From Eledone cirrhosa (taxonomy: Eukaryota): a stretch of 64,000 nt of DNA. The stretch is taken from NCBI GenBank assembly GCA_964016885.1, contig OZ024742.1:325438001-325502000 (forward strand), read 5' to 3'. A program made the position numbers and the translations under genes. Shown one piece after another: positions 35,923 to 51,956 of this stretch. The notes under the pieces are model-generated. The model saw nothing but the letters and a program-made list of their open reading frames with translations, was not told the DNA's origin and searched no databases. Positions within the stretch are counted from its first letter, which is position 1. Every line of letters starts with the position of its first letter.

Positions 35923-37619
35923 CTCTACATTCCTTACATTAAACTAAAAATATGTTGACAATCTTTTAATAATGTCTTCCTTGTGAAATTTGTGCTCTTG
36001 TTTTGCTTAACTAATGAATATTTCCATCTCTGTGTATCTAACCTCTGCATGAACCCAGCCACCTAGCTGCCTTCCACTGCATATTGCACATTGAGCACAT
36101 GCCTGTACGCTTTGGCTTCTAACTAATTCACCAATCTTTCTTTTCCTCTCCTATTTCCATCTCTTTAAGATTAGTTACTCTTGAACTGTATATATATATA
36201 TATATATATTACAAGCAACTCTTTGTAATTTTGTGGATATATATTTGATAAGTATAAAACAAAATATGTAATAAAATTATTGTAATTGTTTTAAATGAAC
36301 GTAAAATGAAAAACAGTGATGGATGAAGTGAGAAGAAACAGAAGGTCAATAATAATCGCGGATTCGAACACCTTTACATAAAATGTTGTGATCAAGAAGA
36401 AATTCAATTCATAATGATTTAGTATAAATCCAATTATTATAGGCATGTATTATGATAGTATTTATATTCTCAGTCACTTAACACCAAGAAATCTGGATAG
36501 AAGCCGATATAATATGCCTCCAGACTTTCCTTTAATAGTCCTGGTTCCTAAAATGCATTAACCATTGATATTTCAAACAGGTCTGCAGTCCGTGACATTA
36601 AGTAGTTTGTATGTTGTATTGCTGATGACATGAATATTAACTTAATGTGCTGTTTAAACTCTCTTATAAATGAAACTTGAAGAACAATAAAGTGTAACAT
36701 GGGTTCCGAAATATAAGCTAGATACATCTAAAATCCTCGTATGGTTCTTTTATGATTTTATGGTGTGTGAAATAAGCAGTTACATGCGTATATATGTGTA
36801 TATTATTACCTATGGATTTCTATGTATGCAGCTTATCTTGACAAATTTGTATTATCCAATATAACGCACAAACACACATACTCATTTTCAGTTTGCATGC
36901 ACTGGATAATATCTTCCTTAGAAATACTAAATATATTTATTCCGTAATCAGTCAATTGAATTACCATCAAATTATTTGCACCATTAAATGATGCGCTAAT
37001 TTATATCCAAAATTATTAAATAATACGTCTGTCAGAATTGTGAGAGTTATTAAAATTAACGCTATTCATTAGAACCAGGGCTATATTGGAGATCGTCAGT
37101 TGAATATTCTCATTGCAAATGGAAATGCAATTAAGAATTCATTGTTCGCTACTAACAGAATCTACTTAATCGCTATGTAAATTGTACACTAATCATTTAG
37201 CTGAGTAACGGTGAAAACATTGTTTACCTTATCCTTCTTCATTTCAATACATGATGGTGATTTTCAAACTTTAAACTTTTGTAAAATTGATACCGATTTT
37301 ACTAGTCATTATGTATTTTGTTCTCGTTTACTCATGCCTGATGTTTAGATCGCTCTGGGTATCTTTGCAAAGCTCTTGTCTTGTATGCTTTCGTGTATTG
37401 ACTGCGTGCGTACAGTTCTAGCATTCCTCTGATAGTCTGTTTAAGTTTTTCAATAGTACTAAATAATAATTCCTAGCAATACCTCTATCTTGCTGATGAA
37501 ATCTGACCACCCGGTCCCAATGAAACACTGCTTTAAATGCACCATATTCATTGCTGTACATCTCCAGTAACAGCAAGATACCATGCAGATACGAAAAGTT
37601 TCATACTATTATATCTCTA

Positions 37620-38033
37620 CTGATGGCTTGGACGCTGCGGGCTTCCCTTCCCAGCTCGAGCCGGTGGAGGGGAAAGCAAAATAGCCAGATCGCATGACCA
37701 TCTTTCCGTTCCGTGGTGGCAAACTCCTCGTGTGGGATGCTACTGGCACCGACACTTTCTACAGCCGCAACCTGGTGCAGTCTGCCACTAACCCAGGTTC
37801 TGCTGCACGTCTGGCTGAGGAGGCCAAGCTCCTCAAATATCGGTCGCTCTCCGACAGATTTGTGGTTGTACCCCTGGCAGTGGAGACTTCTGGTGTCCTT
37901 GGCCCCAGGGCTACCTCCCTACGCACCACCATAGGCGCTGAGCTGGCCAGCCGCAGGTGTGAACCCCGCTAGCTAGAGTGGCTTTTCCAGCGCATTTCCC
38001 TTGCCGTCCTCCGCGGGAACGATTTTCCGGGGC
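37620..38033 (+). mobile_element. CRE-like non-LTR retrotransposon 3' fragment (restriction-like endonuclease domain)
   Basis: [61 protein letters not shown]-rich island ending at (GT)n. Confidence 0.75.
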
Positions 38034-38183
<150 letters not shown>

Positions 38184-38629
38184 CGGGGTGTGGGTGAGGG
38201 GTGGTGGGTGGCATCGCGTAACATTCCATATTTAGGTATCCGAAACATTAAAGCTGTTTATTTAGTCTCCATCTATCAGACATCACTTCGTTCACTAATC
38301 CGCAAGCTAAATAGCCTACGTCTTATTTCACGTTTATTTATGTACGATATATGTCACATGGTTAAGTAGCTACAGTAAATAGAATAGAGAAAATGCCACT
38401 TTTCTCAAACGGAGACTATTTCTGTAATCTATGTTCAGGTGACTCGTGGATATTGCTACGAAATGTTTTGCGATCTTTTATTTAAGTTCTATGTATTCAA
38501 GAAACAAGTCCACTCCCTCAGATCTCATCGATTCCTAATTTTAGATGCATCATATTTATGATGAAGTAAAACCTCAAGTAATCTGATGTTTTTACCTCAA
38601 ACTCATTGATTAATTAAAACATCTATGGA

Positions 38630-38990
38630 AGTTTCTAATTTTGACACAAGGCGAATCGTTTTAATTAAATCGATCCAGTAATCGACCGGTACATTAATTT
38701 TTACCTCGGAAGGATGAAAGACAGAGATGACATCGGCGTGATTCGAACACAGAATGTAATGTAGCAAAATATTTTTTTTTCCAGAAAATGTTCCGATATA
38801 TGACCAATAACATATAAGTCCAATAACATTGCTTTCTGACTTAGACACAAGGCCAGCAATTTTGAGGAGAAGCGGAAGCCGAATCATTCGATCCAGAGCG
38901 TTACAGGCAATTTGTTTTATCAAACTCGAACGGAGGAAAGGCAAAGCTAATCTCGGCCGGATTTGAACAATGAACGCAAAGGTATGTAAC
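38630..38990 (-). mobile_element. Two old, diverged copies of the tRNA-derived SINE
   Basis: Degenerate GACACAAGGC...GGA(T/G)GAAAG(A/G)CA...GATT(C/T)GAAC blocks at ~38630-38760 and ~38850-38990. Confidence 0.65.
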
Positions 38991-39039
38991 TCTATGTCAT
39001 AAATCATGCTGTCGGGTGTTCTACCAATAGAGCTAATAC

Positions 39040-39633
39040 ACCACCCTCTTATATAGGCACAAGGTCAGTAAATGTTGGGGGAGGGGAAAGTCGAGTGTTT
39101 GACTGGTACTCTATTTTATCGACTTCGTAAGGATGAAAGGCAAAGTTAACCTCAGCGGGATTTTAAATCAGATCATAAAAGGGCCCGCATTTTGTCCGAC
39201 CCTCTACCGATACTGCCAATCCACCGCCCTAAAATAAAACAAGCCCAATAATAATTGTTTCTACTTTTGGCACAAGGCCAGCAATTACCCAGTACATTAC
39301 TGGTACTTTATTGTATCGACCCCGTAAGGATGAAAGGCAAAGTTAACCTCAGCGGGATTTTAAATCAGATCATAAAAGGGCCCGCATTTTGTCCGACCCT
39401 CTACCGATACTGCCAATCCACCGCCCTAAAATAAAACAAGCCCAATAATAATTGTTTCTACTTTTGGCACAAGGCCAGCAATTACCCAGTACATTACTGG
39501 TACTTTATTGTATCGACCCCGTAAGGATGAAAGGCAAAGTTAACCTCGGCGGGATTTGAACTCAGACAGTAAAGGGACGTAACTATGCTGGAAAGCATGG
39601 CGTCCGACTCTCTATTGATACTGCCAATCCACC
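39040..39633 (-). mobile_element. Three tandem tRNA-derived SINE copies, including an exact 197-bp duplication
   Basis: A-box TGGCAGTATC(G/A)(G/A), B-box GAGTTCAAATCC (third copy), central GCCTTTCATCCTTACG(G/A)(G/A)GTCGAT and tail CCTTGTGCC. Repeat unit starts at 39127, 39324 and 39521. Confidence 0.88.
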
Positions 39634-39870
39634 ATAATAATGACTATGAATATGTGTGAGCTTTAGAAGCAGGTGTTACAAAGAATCGAGTAATGAAAGA
39701 AACATGATGAGTAAATGTGACCAAAGAGTAAAGAGATATTGAAATCCAAATACATTTATAAAAATACACTGGTAGAACAATAACAAAATGGTGGGTGGTT
39801 CACACATATTATTATTAATAATAATAATATATGTAACAATAATATACATCTGTGGCATTAGATATGGATA

Positions 39871-39936
<66 letters not shown>

Positions 39937-39942
<6 letters not shown>

Positions 39943-40665
39943 GACAGGGGGGGAGAAAAAAAAGGCTTCACTTGTTCTTTCAACAAATTTATTTTCTTCA
40001 CAAAATCCCAAAACAGTTTTTTGTTGAGACAGTGAGTAGGGTTAGGTGGGGAGAAATGTAGCATGTGCGGCCTTCCCCGGTCATTCTCGAAATATTCCTT
40101 TATTCAGGGAAAAAAGCTTTTAGTATTCCTTTGTGTCGAGAATGGTCATAGGCAAACCGCACCTGCCAAGCTTGTAAACAATTATTTTTTTCTGAAGAAT
40201 TTTTCTACGTCCATACCAAAATTAGTCCTTTGTTCAACACACACATGTGCGTATATACGTACATACACACACGGACATATGTAGGAATATATAGGCACAC
40301 ACCATCAATCACACACCCATGTACATATACATCCACATACATACATAAAAACCTATAAAGACACATATAAAAACACATATACACATACGTACACACACGA
40401 ATATGTACTCATACCTCCACATGTATATATATATATATATATATATACATACATACATATACATATATATACACACATACAGATACATAACTAAATATAC
40501 ATATATACACATACACGCACACATACACACACACGTGTACACACACACACACACACACATATACATATGTCCGTATATATACATCCGTTCACACATACAT
40601 GCATACACACACACACATACACACATATATATATATAGAGAGGCATACACACACACATACATTTA

Positions 40666-40717
<52 letters not shown>

Positions 40718-40873
40718 AACACATACAGACACATACACACATATACATACATATACACATATATATATATCTATATATATATATATACACACATATATAT
40801 ATATACATACATACACATACACATACAAATACATACATACACACATACATATATAAACATACATATACATACA

Positions 40874-40909
<36 letters not shown>

Positions 40910-41147
40910 CATACACACACATACATACACACATATATATATATGTGTACACACAAGCACATAAAGACACATATATACATATATATATATACATATATAT
41001 ACATACATCTACATACATACATACATATACACATACAGAGACATACATATATGTACACACATATATACATATATGCACATACATACACACACACACATAT
41101 ATAGATACATACATATACATACACACACATATAAACATATATCTATA

Positions 41148-41179
<32 letters not shown>

Positions 41180-41230
41180 CAAATATACACATACATACAT
41201 ATACATATACATATATATACACAAATACAC

Positions 41231-41265
<35 letters not shown>

Positions 41266-42083
41266 TACAAACATACACACATCCATACATATATATACAC
41301 ACACATACACACACCCACATACATATATACCCACACGTACATACATCCATACATACCTACACATATATATGTGTGTGTCTGACCATTCACTCAGATATTC
41401 ATGTGTACACATAAGAAGAGGGGGGGGGGGGTTAGTGAAATGGAATTTTACCTCCGAGTGTTAATTCATTTTTTCGTGTTCAGTAGTGGTTTAAATTTTT
41501 CAATGAAGGATTCTTCTTTATATCTGGACGTAGAAAAATTCTTCAGAAAAAAATAATTGTTTACAAGCTTGGCAGGTGCGGTTTGCCTATGACCATTCTC
41601 GACAAAAAGGAATGCTAAAAGCTTTTTCCCCTGAATAAAGGAATTTTTCGAGAATGACCGGGGCAGGCCGCACTTGCTACATTTCTCCCCACCTAACCCT
41701 ACTCACTGTCTCAACTCATTACTGCTATTAACATTTTTTCAACACACCTACACACCTACACTTATTAAAGGGGGAGAATAAAAACCCCACCACAGACATG
41801 TTAAATCCCTATATATAGAACAACACACCACATACACATCAGTTTGACAAGCGCACCTCAGCGTGAAAGGTTTTTCTAAAAACGAAACAATACCTCCTAC
41901 GTTAACCAAGAACTCTTAAGACCTAACCAACAACCAAAAACTTAATTTATAAAAAAAATTTTTTTAAGAAGAAATTTTTTCTAATCCGGAAAAAAAAATT
42001 ATTTTTGGATTTTGTGAAGAAAATAAATTTGTTGAAAGCACAAGTGAAGCCATTTTTTTCTTCCCCCCCCCCTGTCTTAATAT
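39937..42083. mobile_element. Inverted-repeat element (MITE-like) enclosing a 1.1-kb compound microsatellite
   Basis: 39937-40013 is the reverse complement of 42003-42083, and 40023-40212 of 41525-41716. Ends read TTAA|GACAGGGG...CCCCTGTC|TTAA. Confidence 0.7.
40240..41380. repeat. Compound (TA)/(CA)/(TACA) microsatellite
   Basis: Direct reading. Confidence 0.97.
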
Positions 42084-42113
42084 ACCTAACTGTACCAAGG
42101 ATTATACACATTT

Positions 42114-43210
<1,097 letters not shown>

Positions 43211-43751
43211 AAATATAGTATTATTGGTGTGATATTTGGTTGTATTGCATTAATTAGGCCACAGAGGATCATTCTAATACACATGTAACATTTATCTACA
43301 CCAGTAGATCCATGCCGAAACCTGTTGCGATTTATATCACTTTGGTTTGGGTTTTTTGTTGGGTGTAGGTTTGTATTTTATCATTAACATAAGTTCTACA
43401 GTCAAACATGTATCTTTGTGAAACTCCATATAATATTGAACTACCATCAACAATTATATTTTGTTTCACGTCCTGTTTTATTTCATGCTACAATAGCTCT
43501 TTGTTGTAAATATATAATACACTGACGAGAAAGTGTAATTTTGAATAATTTTGTAACAGCGTGAAAGTGTTTTCAATTGTCATGTATATATCGAAATTGG
43601 CATATTATTTTTTTTATCTGAAGTAATTTCTATGGCGTGTAATTTTTGGTAATGATGTAGTCAATCCTTGTAAATAGGAATCTGTGTTAAGGCTTGATAA
43701 TTCCGTATGTGTTGCAACGTTTTATTTCATGTATATATGTGTCATTATTTC

Positions 43752-43860
43752 TTCCGCCGAGTTTCAATTTGCGTTTCATCCTTACGGGGTCGATAAAATA
43801 AAGTACGAGTAATGCATTGGGTAATTGCTGGCCTTGTGCCTAAAGTAGAAACAATTATTT
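43752..43860 (+). mobile_element. tRNA-SINE 3' half
   Basis: TTTCATCCTTACGGGGTCGATAAA..GCTGGCCTTGTGCCTAAAGTAGAAACAATTATT. Confidence 0.85.
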
Positions 43861-45829
43861 CTTATAGTGAATTATAATTTTAATAGATTTTGAGAAAAAA
43901 ATAATGTACCATATTATTTTATATTTTTTGAGAAATGTAGTTGAAATATTTTTGCATTTCTGAGAGCATTATAATTACCAGAAATGTAACAAATCACTAA
44001 CATTTCACCGTGTGATTTTCTCACCGACGATTAGAAGGAAATGTAAATTATTCATTCATATCCATTGATTATATTCAGGACAATATTCGCTTGTTATTAA
44101 ATTGTGCTGATTGAGACATTTTGGAACACGTGAGTTATTCGCCAATCAACAAATTCAAGTAAAATTTCAAGATGAAAATCAATTCAATTTTATTTTCTTC
44201 TTCTAATTAATTATTCATTTATTATTATTATTATTATTTGTTCAGCCCGGCAGCGATACTAAAGGAAATTGCGCGAAATCTCATAATTATATAAATCAAG
44301 TTCTCTTATGCAGACAATTTTATTTTTATGTTTCAACACCTTGCTCTGTAGAATTTAAGTTGATGACAATTTTTCAAAGTGTTTTATATTTCTACAACGT
44401 GTTATTTTTTATGTATTAAAAAATGGTATAATTACAATTTCGTTGAGAATCCCATTAATATTTGACATTAAGAGCTATTTAATTGACCTCATATGGAACA
44501 AAAAAAAATCCAAATCAAATCGGAAAAGAATTTATTTGTTGATAAATAAATCTGAAATTTTAATCATTATTTTGAGAATGAATTTGAAGAAAAAATTGTG
44601 AAATACGAAAATATGAAATAGGAAAATAAGAAATCAAAAGTGAATTAATAATCAATTCAATGAGAATAAGAAGGTGCAGAAAATGTACAAGGAGGTGATT
44701 GGGAGTTCAGTAATAGTCAAGTGCCATCTTCCGTTATTTGCAAAATTGAAATTACTTTTATTATAAGAGTCTCACAAACCAATCAGAGTTTTTTGGCAAC
44801 GTTTTAATAAAATGAGTTTTATATTGAGGATAGTTCGTATCATTTTCCTGATAGAGATATACAGTTATAAACAGACGTATATGCAGTTAACTTTAACAAG
44901 CATCATTCTTTTAGGAATAAATTATTGTCATGGACACTAGTTTGAACAACGACTTAAACGCATTTTATTTGGCTCAATACTTCGACATGATTAAACGTCG
45001 TCATGGAAGTGTTCAAGTGTAAACTGATTTGATTGCTGGATCTCGATAATATTCCTTAACAGATTAACTGAACGAACAGTCCAAATATCGCAAATTTGGG
45101 TTTAAAAGGGAATATCGAAAAGGTAAAAATAATCTATTGTTAATTCATATTGGAATGATAGACTGTGAATGCTTTGGAGAACGTTAAATATCGCAAAATG
45201 TAAATGCTTTTCAGAAGCGCGAATACGGTAAATGCTAGTATTGTTCTAAAGATCAATTGGTAAACAGAAAAAGCCAAAGATTAAACAAGGTGTAAAGGGA
45301 AGAAAAAAAGAGTCAGGTCATGTCACGGGTTAAAAACAGTCTAAATATCATTTAATTAAATCAATCCATTCCTTTGAAGCGAAATATTTTTGGAAATATC
45401 AAAATCATCATTGAAATATTTGTATCCAAATACAATTCTTTTGTCAAAATTGATTAGTATTTCGCCTCTTCAAAGAGCACGCAATTAATTCAGTCCTAGT
45501 GAAATGTGATGTATAATATCCGAGCAACGGAAATGGATCTGACTTTAGTGGGAAGGGAAGAAAGTATTTAAGTGACATTAATTTCCTTGCATGCGAATAG
45601 GTACATGATGCAAGATCTAACAAAGGTGACAAGGAAATATTTTACTGTCAAATCAGTTATATGTTTCTATCTCATCAATGCTAGCATGTTCTGCTAATTA
45701 GAAATTCAGTCCACCAATTAACAATATTCTTTATGAACTGAAATATTTAGTGGAATTGGTTACAAAATTAATGGAATAGAATTTCGACGGTTTCAACATT
45801 GAGTGCCACAGTGTTTCGATCGACGGAAA

Positions 45830-45960
45830 TGACTTTCCTGTACGATTAATGTGCAAGTTGCTGAGCATTCCACAAATACGTGTATCATTAACCACATCCA
45901 CAAGGAGATTTATGATGAGACAGTGTCTGTGATAGTGCTAGACTTTTGAATAAAATGTGG
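45830..45960. mobile_element. Degraded copy of a second SINE-like interspersed repeat
   Basis: GCAAGTTGCTGAGCATTCCACAAATACGTGT..GGAGATTT resembles a common octopus repeat from memory. Not verified. Confidence 0.4.
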
Positions 45961-46262
45961 AGTCAATATGATATCTTCTAAACAGTTTCGGCCTGCTCAA
46001 TTTCACGCACAACATTTGGGCCAATCTGAGAATAATTAAGAATGCTTGTTGGCTATAAATAGTTTTGCGTTGATCAACGGATCCTTTATCTAAAGATATC
46101 CCGGTACAGGTATATTATACTGAAACCTATATTATCTAAAATGATACGGTGTGATTTGTTTCATATTTGACGTCTATTTTTAACAGACGGAAAACATCAA
46201 TGGTGAAGTAGAATGCAGTATGGTACCTACAATGATTATATTTATTAAATCTATATATTCAT

Positions 46263-46437
46263 TATAATTGTTTCTACTTTTGGCACAAGGCCAGCAATTA
46301 TACCAGTGTATTACTGGCACTTTATTTTATTATCCCGTAAGGATGAAAGGCAAAGTTAACTTCGGCGGGATTTGAATTCAGACCGTAAAGGGCTGTAACT
46401 CTTTGCTGCAAAGCATGGCATCCGACTCTCTACCGAT
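46263..46437 (-). mobile_element. tRNA-SINE copy
   Basis: Matches the 39447-39633 unit. Confidence 0.88.
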
Positions 46438-46783
46438 GAAATCTTGTTATGCATCTTGGTAAAGTAAAAACTAAGTGTCTGGCAAAGAGATGAAGGGATA
46501 TTTATGAAGCTACGGTAATTCACGCAAGCGACTATATATTCACAATGTGTCAGTTTTTCAGAAATTCATAGGAGTATTACCGAGAGGTGTATTCTTTTTT
46601 CGTGGACCGCGGAAAGTGACTTGTGTAAAAGTATGCGACCAACAAATAACTTCAATTTGCATTGAGGTCCCTAAACAAATGCCCTAGTATTTGTTTTCGG
46701 ATAAATATTCCTAATTCGAAACCATTCAATGTGAATGTTGGACACACACACACACACACATACACACACATACACACACACAT

Positions 46784-46814
<31 letters not shown>

Positions 46815-47064
46815 CACAGATACACACACACACGCACATACACACATACCCACTTATATATATATACATACATACATATGGGCGAGGGTCACATTAAAGG
46901 GTTTGGAAATTCCAAGCGCACAATATATATGTTATCACAGTCGACTAGTATAAACAGTTGTTTCGAAAATTTATAGCAATGAAATTGTATTTACAGCTAT
47001 TTTTAGTGTTTCGGATTCCTTCACTTTGGTACAATATTAAAATTTACTCTTTATATATATTAAA

Positions 47065-47108
<44 letters not shown>

Positions 47109-47192
47109 AAAGTTATATTTAAATTGTTGGGTTACAACTAGTAAATATTTATAACTGATATAAAAGCACTCGACAAGTATTTGGAGTATATT

Positions 47193-47552
47193 TACGATAT
47201 TAAATAAATGGAAACTATATTTATAAAACCATATTTATTTCATTATATATATTTCAGGGATATCATATTAACAATATGCTATGCCTTCCTCAGACAAAAT
47301 ACAATATAGACAGTTTTATAGATAAATAGATTTGACATACCGTTCAACATCGACTTGTATTTGACAAGTTGATCAACTTTTCAAATACAAGTCGATGTTG
47401 AACGGTATGTCAAATCTATTTATCTATAAAACTGTCTATATTGTATTTTGTCTGGGGAAGGCATAGCATATTGTTAATATGATATCCCTGAAATATATAT
47501 AATGAAATAAATATGGTTTTATAAATATAGTTTCCATTTATTTAATATCGTA
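47193..47552. repeat. 360-bp spacer-less palindrome (180-bp arms, 2 mismatches seen)
   Basis: Centre AAGTTGA|TCAACTT at 47372/47373. The arms read as reverse complements out to TACGATATT/AATATCGTA. Confidence 0.95.
47236..47301 (-). ncRNA. Type I minimal hammerhead ribozyme motif
   Basis: TATTTTGT-CTGAGGA-AGG..CCT-GAAA-TATATA-TA^ATGAAATA: 8-bp stem I (2 GU pairs), 3-bp stem II, palindromic loop III. Confidence 0.7.
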
Positions 47553-47601
47553 TATATATATATATATATTATGTACATATACACACACATACATACACAC
47601 A

Positions 47602-47694
<93 letters not shown>

Positions 47695-49334
47695 TTAAAA
47701 TAAATCCTTTGTATCTTTGTACTATTCTTTGCAATTTTTCTTTCCCGAATATCATTTTCTTAGATGAGTTGGAAATTCCCAGACAATTACACGGTTGATT
47801 TCAAATTTAATTTTCTAGTTAATCGCTCGCATCGTACTATATATTTGTATGCGTGTGTTAGAATGTAAGCGATTCAGGCGTGTTCATGTTTATATTTCTA
47901 TTCATTTATTTATTGCTTTCGTTTTGGTTCCCATCGTGAATTGGGTTGAATAATCATTAAAAATCCTGAATATATATAAATTTTGTGAGATTGTCACAGG
48001 TGATCTGTAAATGACTGGAAGTTAGTGGAAAATGATGTTTCTGAAATTACTGACTATGATGATAATATAGTTTGTATGGGAATATTCAAATTGACTGCAA
48101 CTCTATACTGTTTGCTTTGTATTGGTTCCACAGTCATCAAATATGATATTTTTGTCATTCTTGCCTTTTTGATTAGCCTCCGCCTTCTCTTCCCTTTATG
48201 AATTACAAGTTTATATTGCACACACAATCTTAATTTCGAAGCAAAACGTATATACAGAACTTACGTATATACTTTTACGTATATACAGAACTTGTTTCAT
48301 ACAGACATATTCTTCTTTGCCCACACATTCGTTGGGCCAGATTCCTAAGATATGACTTCCAGATTGTGCTATCAGAAGTAACTGTCTCTAAATAATCCGC
48401 TTGAATCTCAAAGTTAGATCAGCCGAGCTTATGGATGTTGTCAAAACATCTTGTTCGTGGTCAATATCTTGCTTCCCTGGCAGTTGGCAGCGATGCTTTC
48501 ATTAAACACTCTAGTATTATGTTCGTAAAACCGGTACTGTGATCTCTCAATTTGGAGATGTAGCCGCTCTACCTAGAGTTACGCAGTATATCGATTAACG
48601 TTACTCCAAAATCTCTTCCAGCTTTTACACCTAGAACCTGGAAATACTAAACGGGAGTAGTGTATAAACGAAGCTAATTAGAGACGAAGAAAAATAATGA
48701 TTGGTATTGTAGCCCACATCCGAACGTCTGAAAGAAAGAAAAAGTATTTACCTCAAATGGAGGGAAGTACAAAAGCGTACGCAACAACAACATTTTCATA
48801 ATACGTATACCCTTGAAATAATAAAATACATAATAAGAACATTTCACAATATAAAATAATTCATGACCGCAACAAAAACTAAGTTGTTTATGGCGTGTAT
48901 TAAACCAAATTATACGAAAGCAAGAACTGAATAAGAGACCGTTGTGAAAAGAATCGAGGAGTGAAATGATGAGAAATGTCCCAAAATAGATAAACTGCTG
49001 TCACTAATTCTATAATAAGTCTATGGAACATGCATATAAAAAATGTAGAATGAAAGAAATGGGATGCAAATAAACAACTGAAATATGTGACAAAGGATGG
49101 GAAGGGCAGTATCCAAAGCTGCGATCGAGGGATTGTTTATCTCGACACTGAACAACGTACATAAAATAATTACAAAATGTTGGTCACCCAGAAAAATAGC
49201 TTACAAAAATAAATGTCCTGCCTTGGTGGTTTCCGTATGTGCGTAGGTAATAAGGAACAATAATTTATAAATTTATATTACGACACAATGAAGCACAACG
49301 TGCTGTCACAACGTGCCTACACTGTGTAAATAAA

Positions 49335-49720
49335 TAATTGTTTCTACTTTTGGCACAAGGCCAGCAATTATCCCAGTGTATTACTAGTACTTTATTTTAT
49401 CGACCCCGTAAGGATGAAAGGCAAAGTTAACCTTGCGGTATTTGAACTCAGACCGTAAGGGACGTAACTATGCTGGAAAGCATGGTGTCCGAACATCTAC
49501 CGATACTGCCAATTCACCGTGTAAATAAATAATTGTTTCTACTTTTGGCACAAGGCCAGCAATTAACCAGTGCATTACTGGTACTTTATTTTATCGACCC
49601 CGTAAGGATGAAAGGCAAAGTTAACACCGACGGGATTTGAACTCAGAATGGCAAGGACCGTAACTCTATGCTTCAAAGCATAGCGTTCGACCCTCTACCG
49701 ATACTGCCAATGCACCGCGC
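49335..49720 (-). mobile_element. Two tandem full-length tRNA-SINEs sharing the TSD-like TGTAAATAAATAAT
   Basis: Units at 49335-49520 and 49530-49720. The 14-mer occurs at 49325, 49520 and 49722. Confidence 0.9.
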
Positions 49721-50712
49721 TTGTAAATAAATAATAAAATATAATATGTGTCCCTAATATGTAGCTGTTCTTGAGTCTGCATCTGAAACGTCCAAGGGTT
49801 TTATTTTTTCTTTGAAAACCAACAGTCACCTATGTATGCAAATGCTCACAACGCAATATCAGAACGCAAAAGTCTCAAGAAGATGCTGCACTGAATCACG
49901 CCCTACACTCAAAACGTTCTACCTATTCACCGATCTTGATGTGTAGTTTATCTATTGTATCCGAAAGGTTGAACTCAGCGAAGCATCATATCCCGTTGTT
50001 AATTCGCCTCCCTTTCCTTGGTATATATAGCGAAAAATTATGTGAAATTGAAGATTGTTTATCATAAACAGTTTATTTTCAGTAATACTGGTGAGTAAAA
50101 CATATTGAGTGTTTACAAATTGTTTAAAAGTACTCTAATCGAATTATAAAACCCTATGTTATCGAAAGGTACTAGCATGTGAAAGGCAAGTATCAGTTAT
50201 CAATCACGAAACAGAGTCAGTATTATTTATTACACACACTGAATACAATTTCAATTTGGATATTTTCAAAGCATATTTCATAGGGATCGATTAGCAGTTT
50301 GCAACGAAACACTTGAACATACAGGCGTCATCGAAATAATATTGTTGGCTATAGGTTTCCCCACAGAACCTTTCAATATCATAAATATAGATATACATGT
50401 TACTGATGAAGTGCGACAATTCCTAATGATATGTATACACCAATCTGAATGAGGACATCAATAATGACGGTGTTGATGGCAATTGTAATCACATAGACAA
50501 GTAAAACAAGAATAATTGCAATGACGTTAATGATGATGAGTGATGAACATATTATATTACAAATACTCTATGAGTAATACCCAATGACAAAAACCCAAAT
50601 ACATACAGATGAAAATATGAACATATAAACACATAAACATTCCGACACTGACACAGATAGAGACACACTCGCTCTCCCAAACACCACACACAGAGTTATA
50701 TATATATTCTCT

Positions 50713-51488
<776 letters not shown>

Positions 51489-51751
51489 AATAATAATATT
51501 AGTAATAATAATAAATTTGAAGACTAAAATCCAAAGACGGCTCGATAGGGATAAATATATAACGAAGGAAGTGTGGTAAAGAACCAAGAGGCCTAAAACG
51601 CCCCAGAGTACTCGATACTTTGGGTAGCAGAGAGGATAATAGGAAAAGGCTCAAAACTACGACAACAGAGCTCCAGCCGTTTCGACGGATATTTCTGGAC
51701 TCCTATATATATATATATATATATAAATATATATATATATCATATATATTT

Positions 51752-51797
<46 letters not shown>

Positions 51798-51801
51798 ATA
51801 T

Positions 51802-51904
51802 CAACGTATGTTGATGCCCTAAGGTCAGACACTGGCAGCGATAATGAGGGATAGAGACCGCTGGAGAGAACTCGTCCATGGATCTCGGGAATTTTACCCG
51901 CCTT

Positions 51905-51907
<3 letters not shown>
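51802..51907 (+). mobile_element. RTE-like LINE extreme 3' fragment
   Basis: TYVDALRSDTG / MRDRDRWRELVH..* resembles the RTE C-terminal M.DR..WR motif. Embedded in (TA)n. Confidence 0.55.

Positions 51908-51956
<49 letters not shown>

Noticed and set aside
163-35947. Numerous ORFs antisense to, or out of frame with, the LINE ORFs, including poly-L, poly-I and poly-N ORFs
   Set aside because: They are shadow frames of retrotransposon coding sequence or read-through of (TAA)n tracts.
37484-37582. CTGATGA..GAAA with a TATCTTG/CAAGATA stem
   Set aside because: No UH cleavage triplet next to stem I and no stem II closure, so not a credible hammerhead.
48720-48815. Splice-like AG/GT signals on the minus strand
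   Set aside because: The implied exon is short and unrecognisable, and such signals are common in AT-rich DNA.
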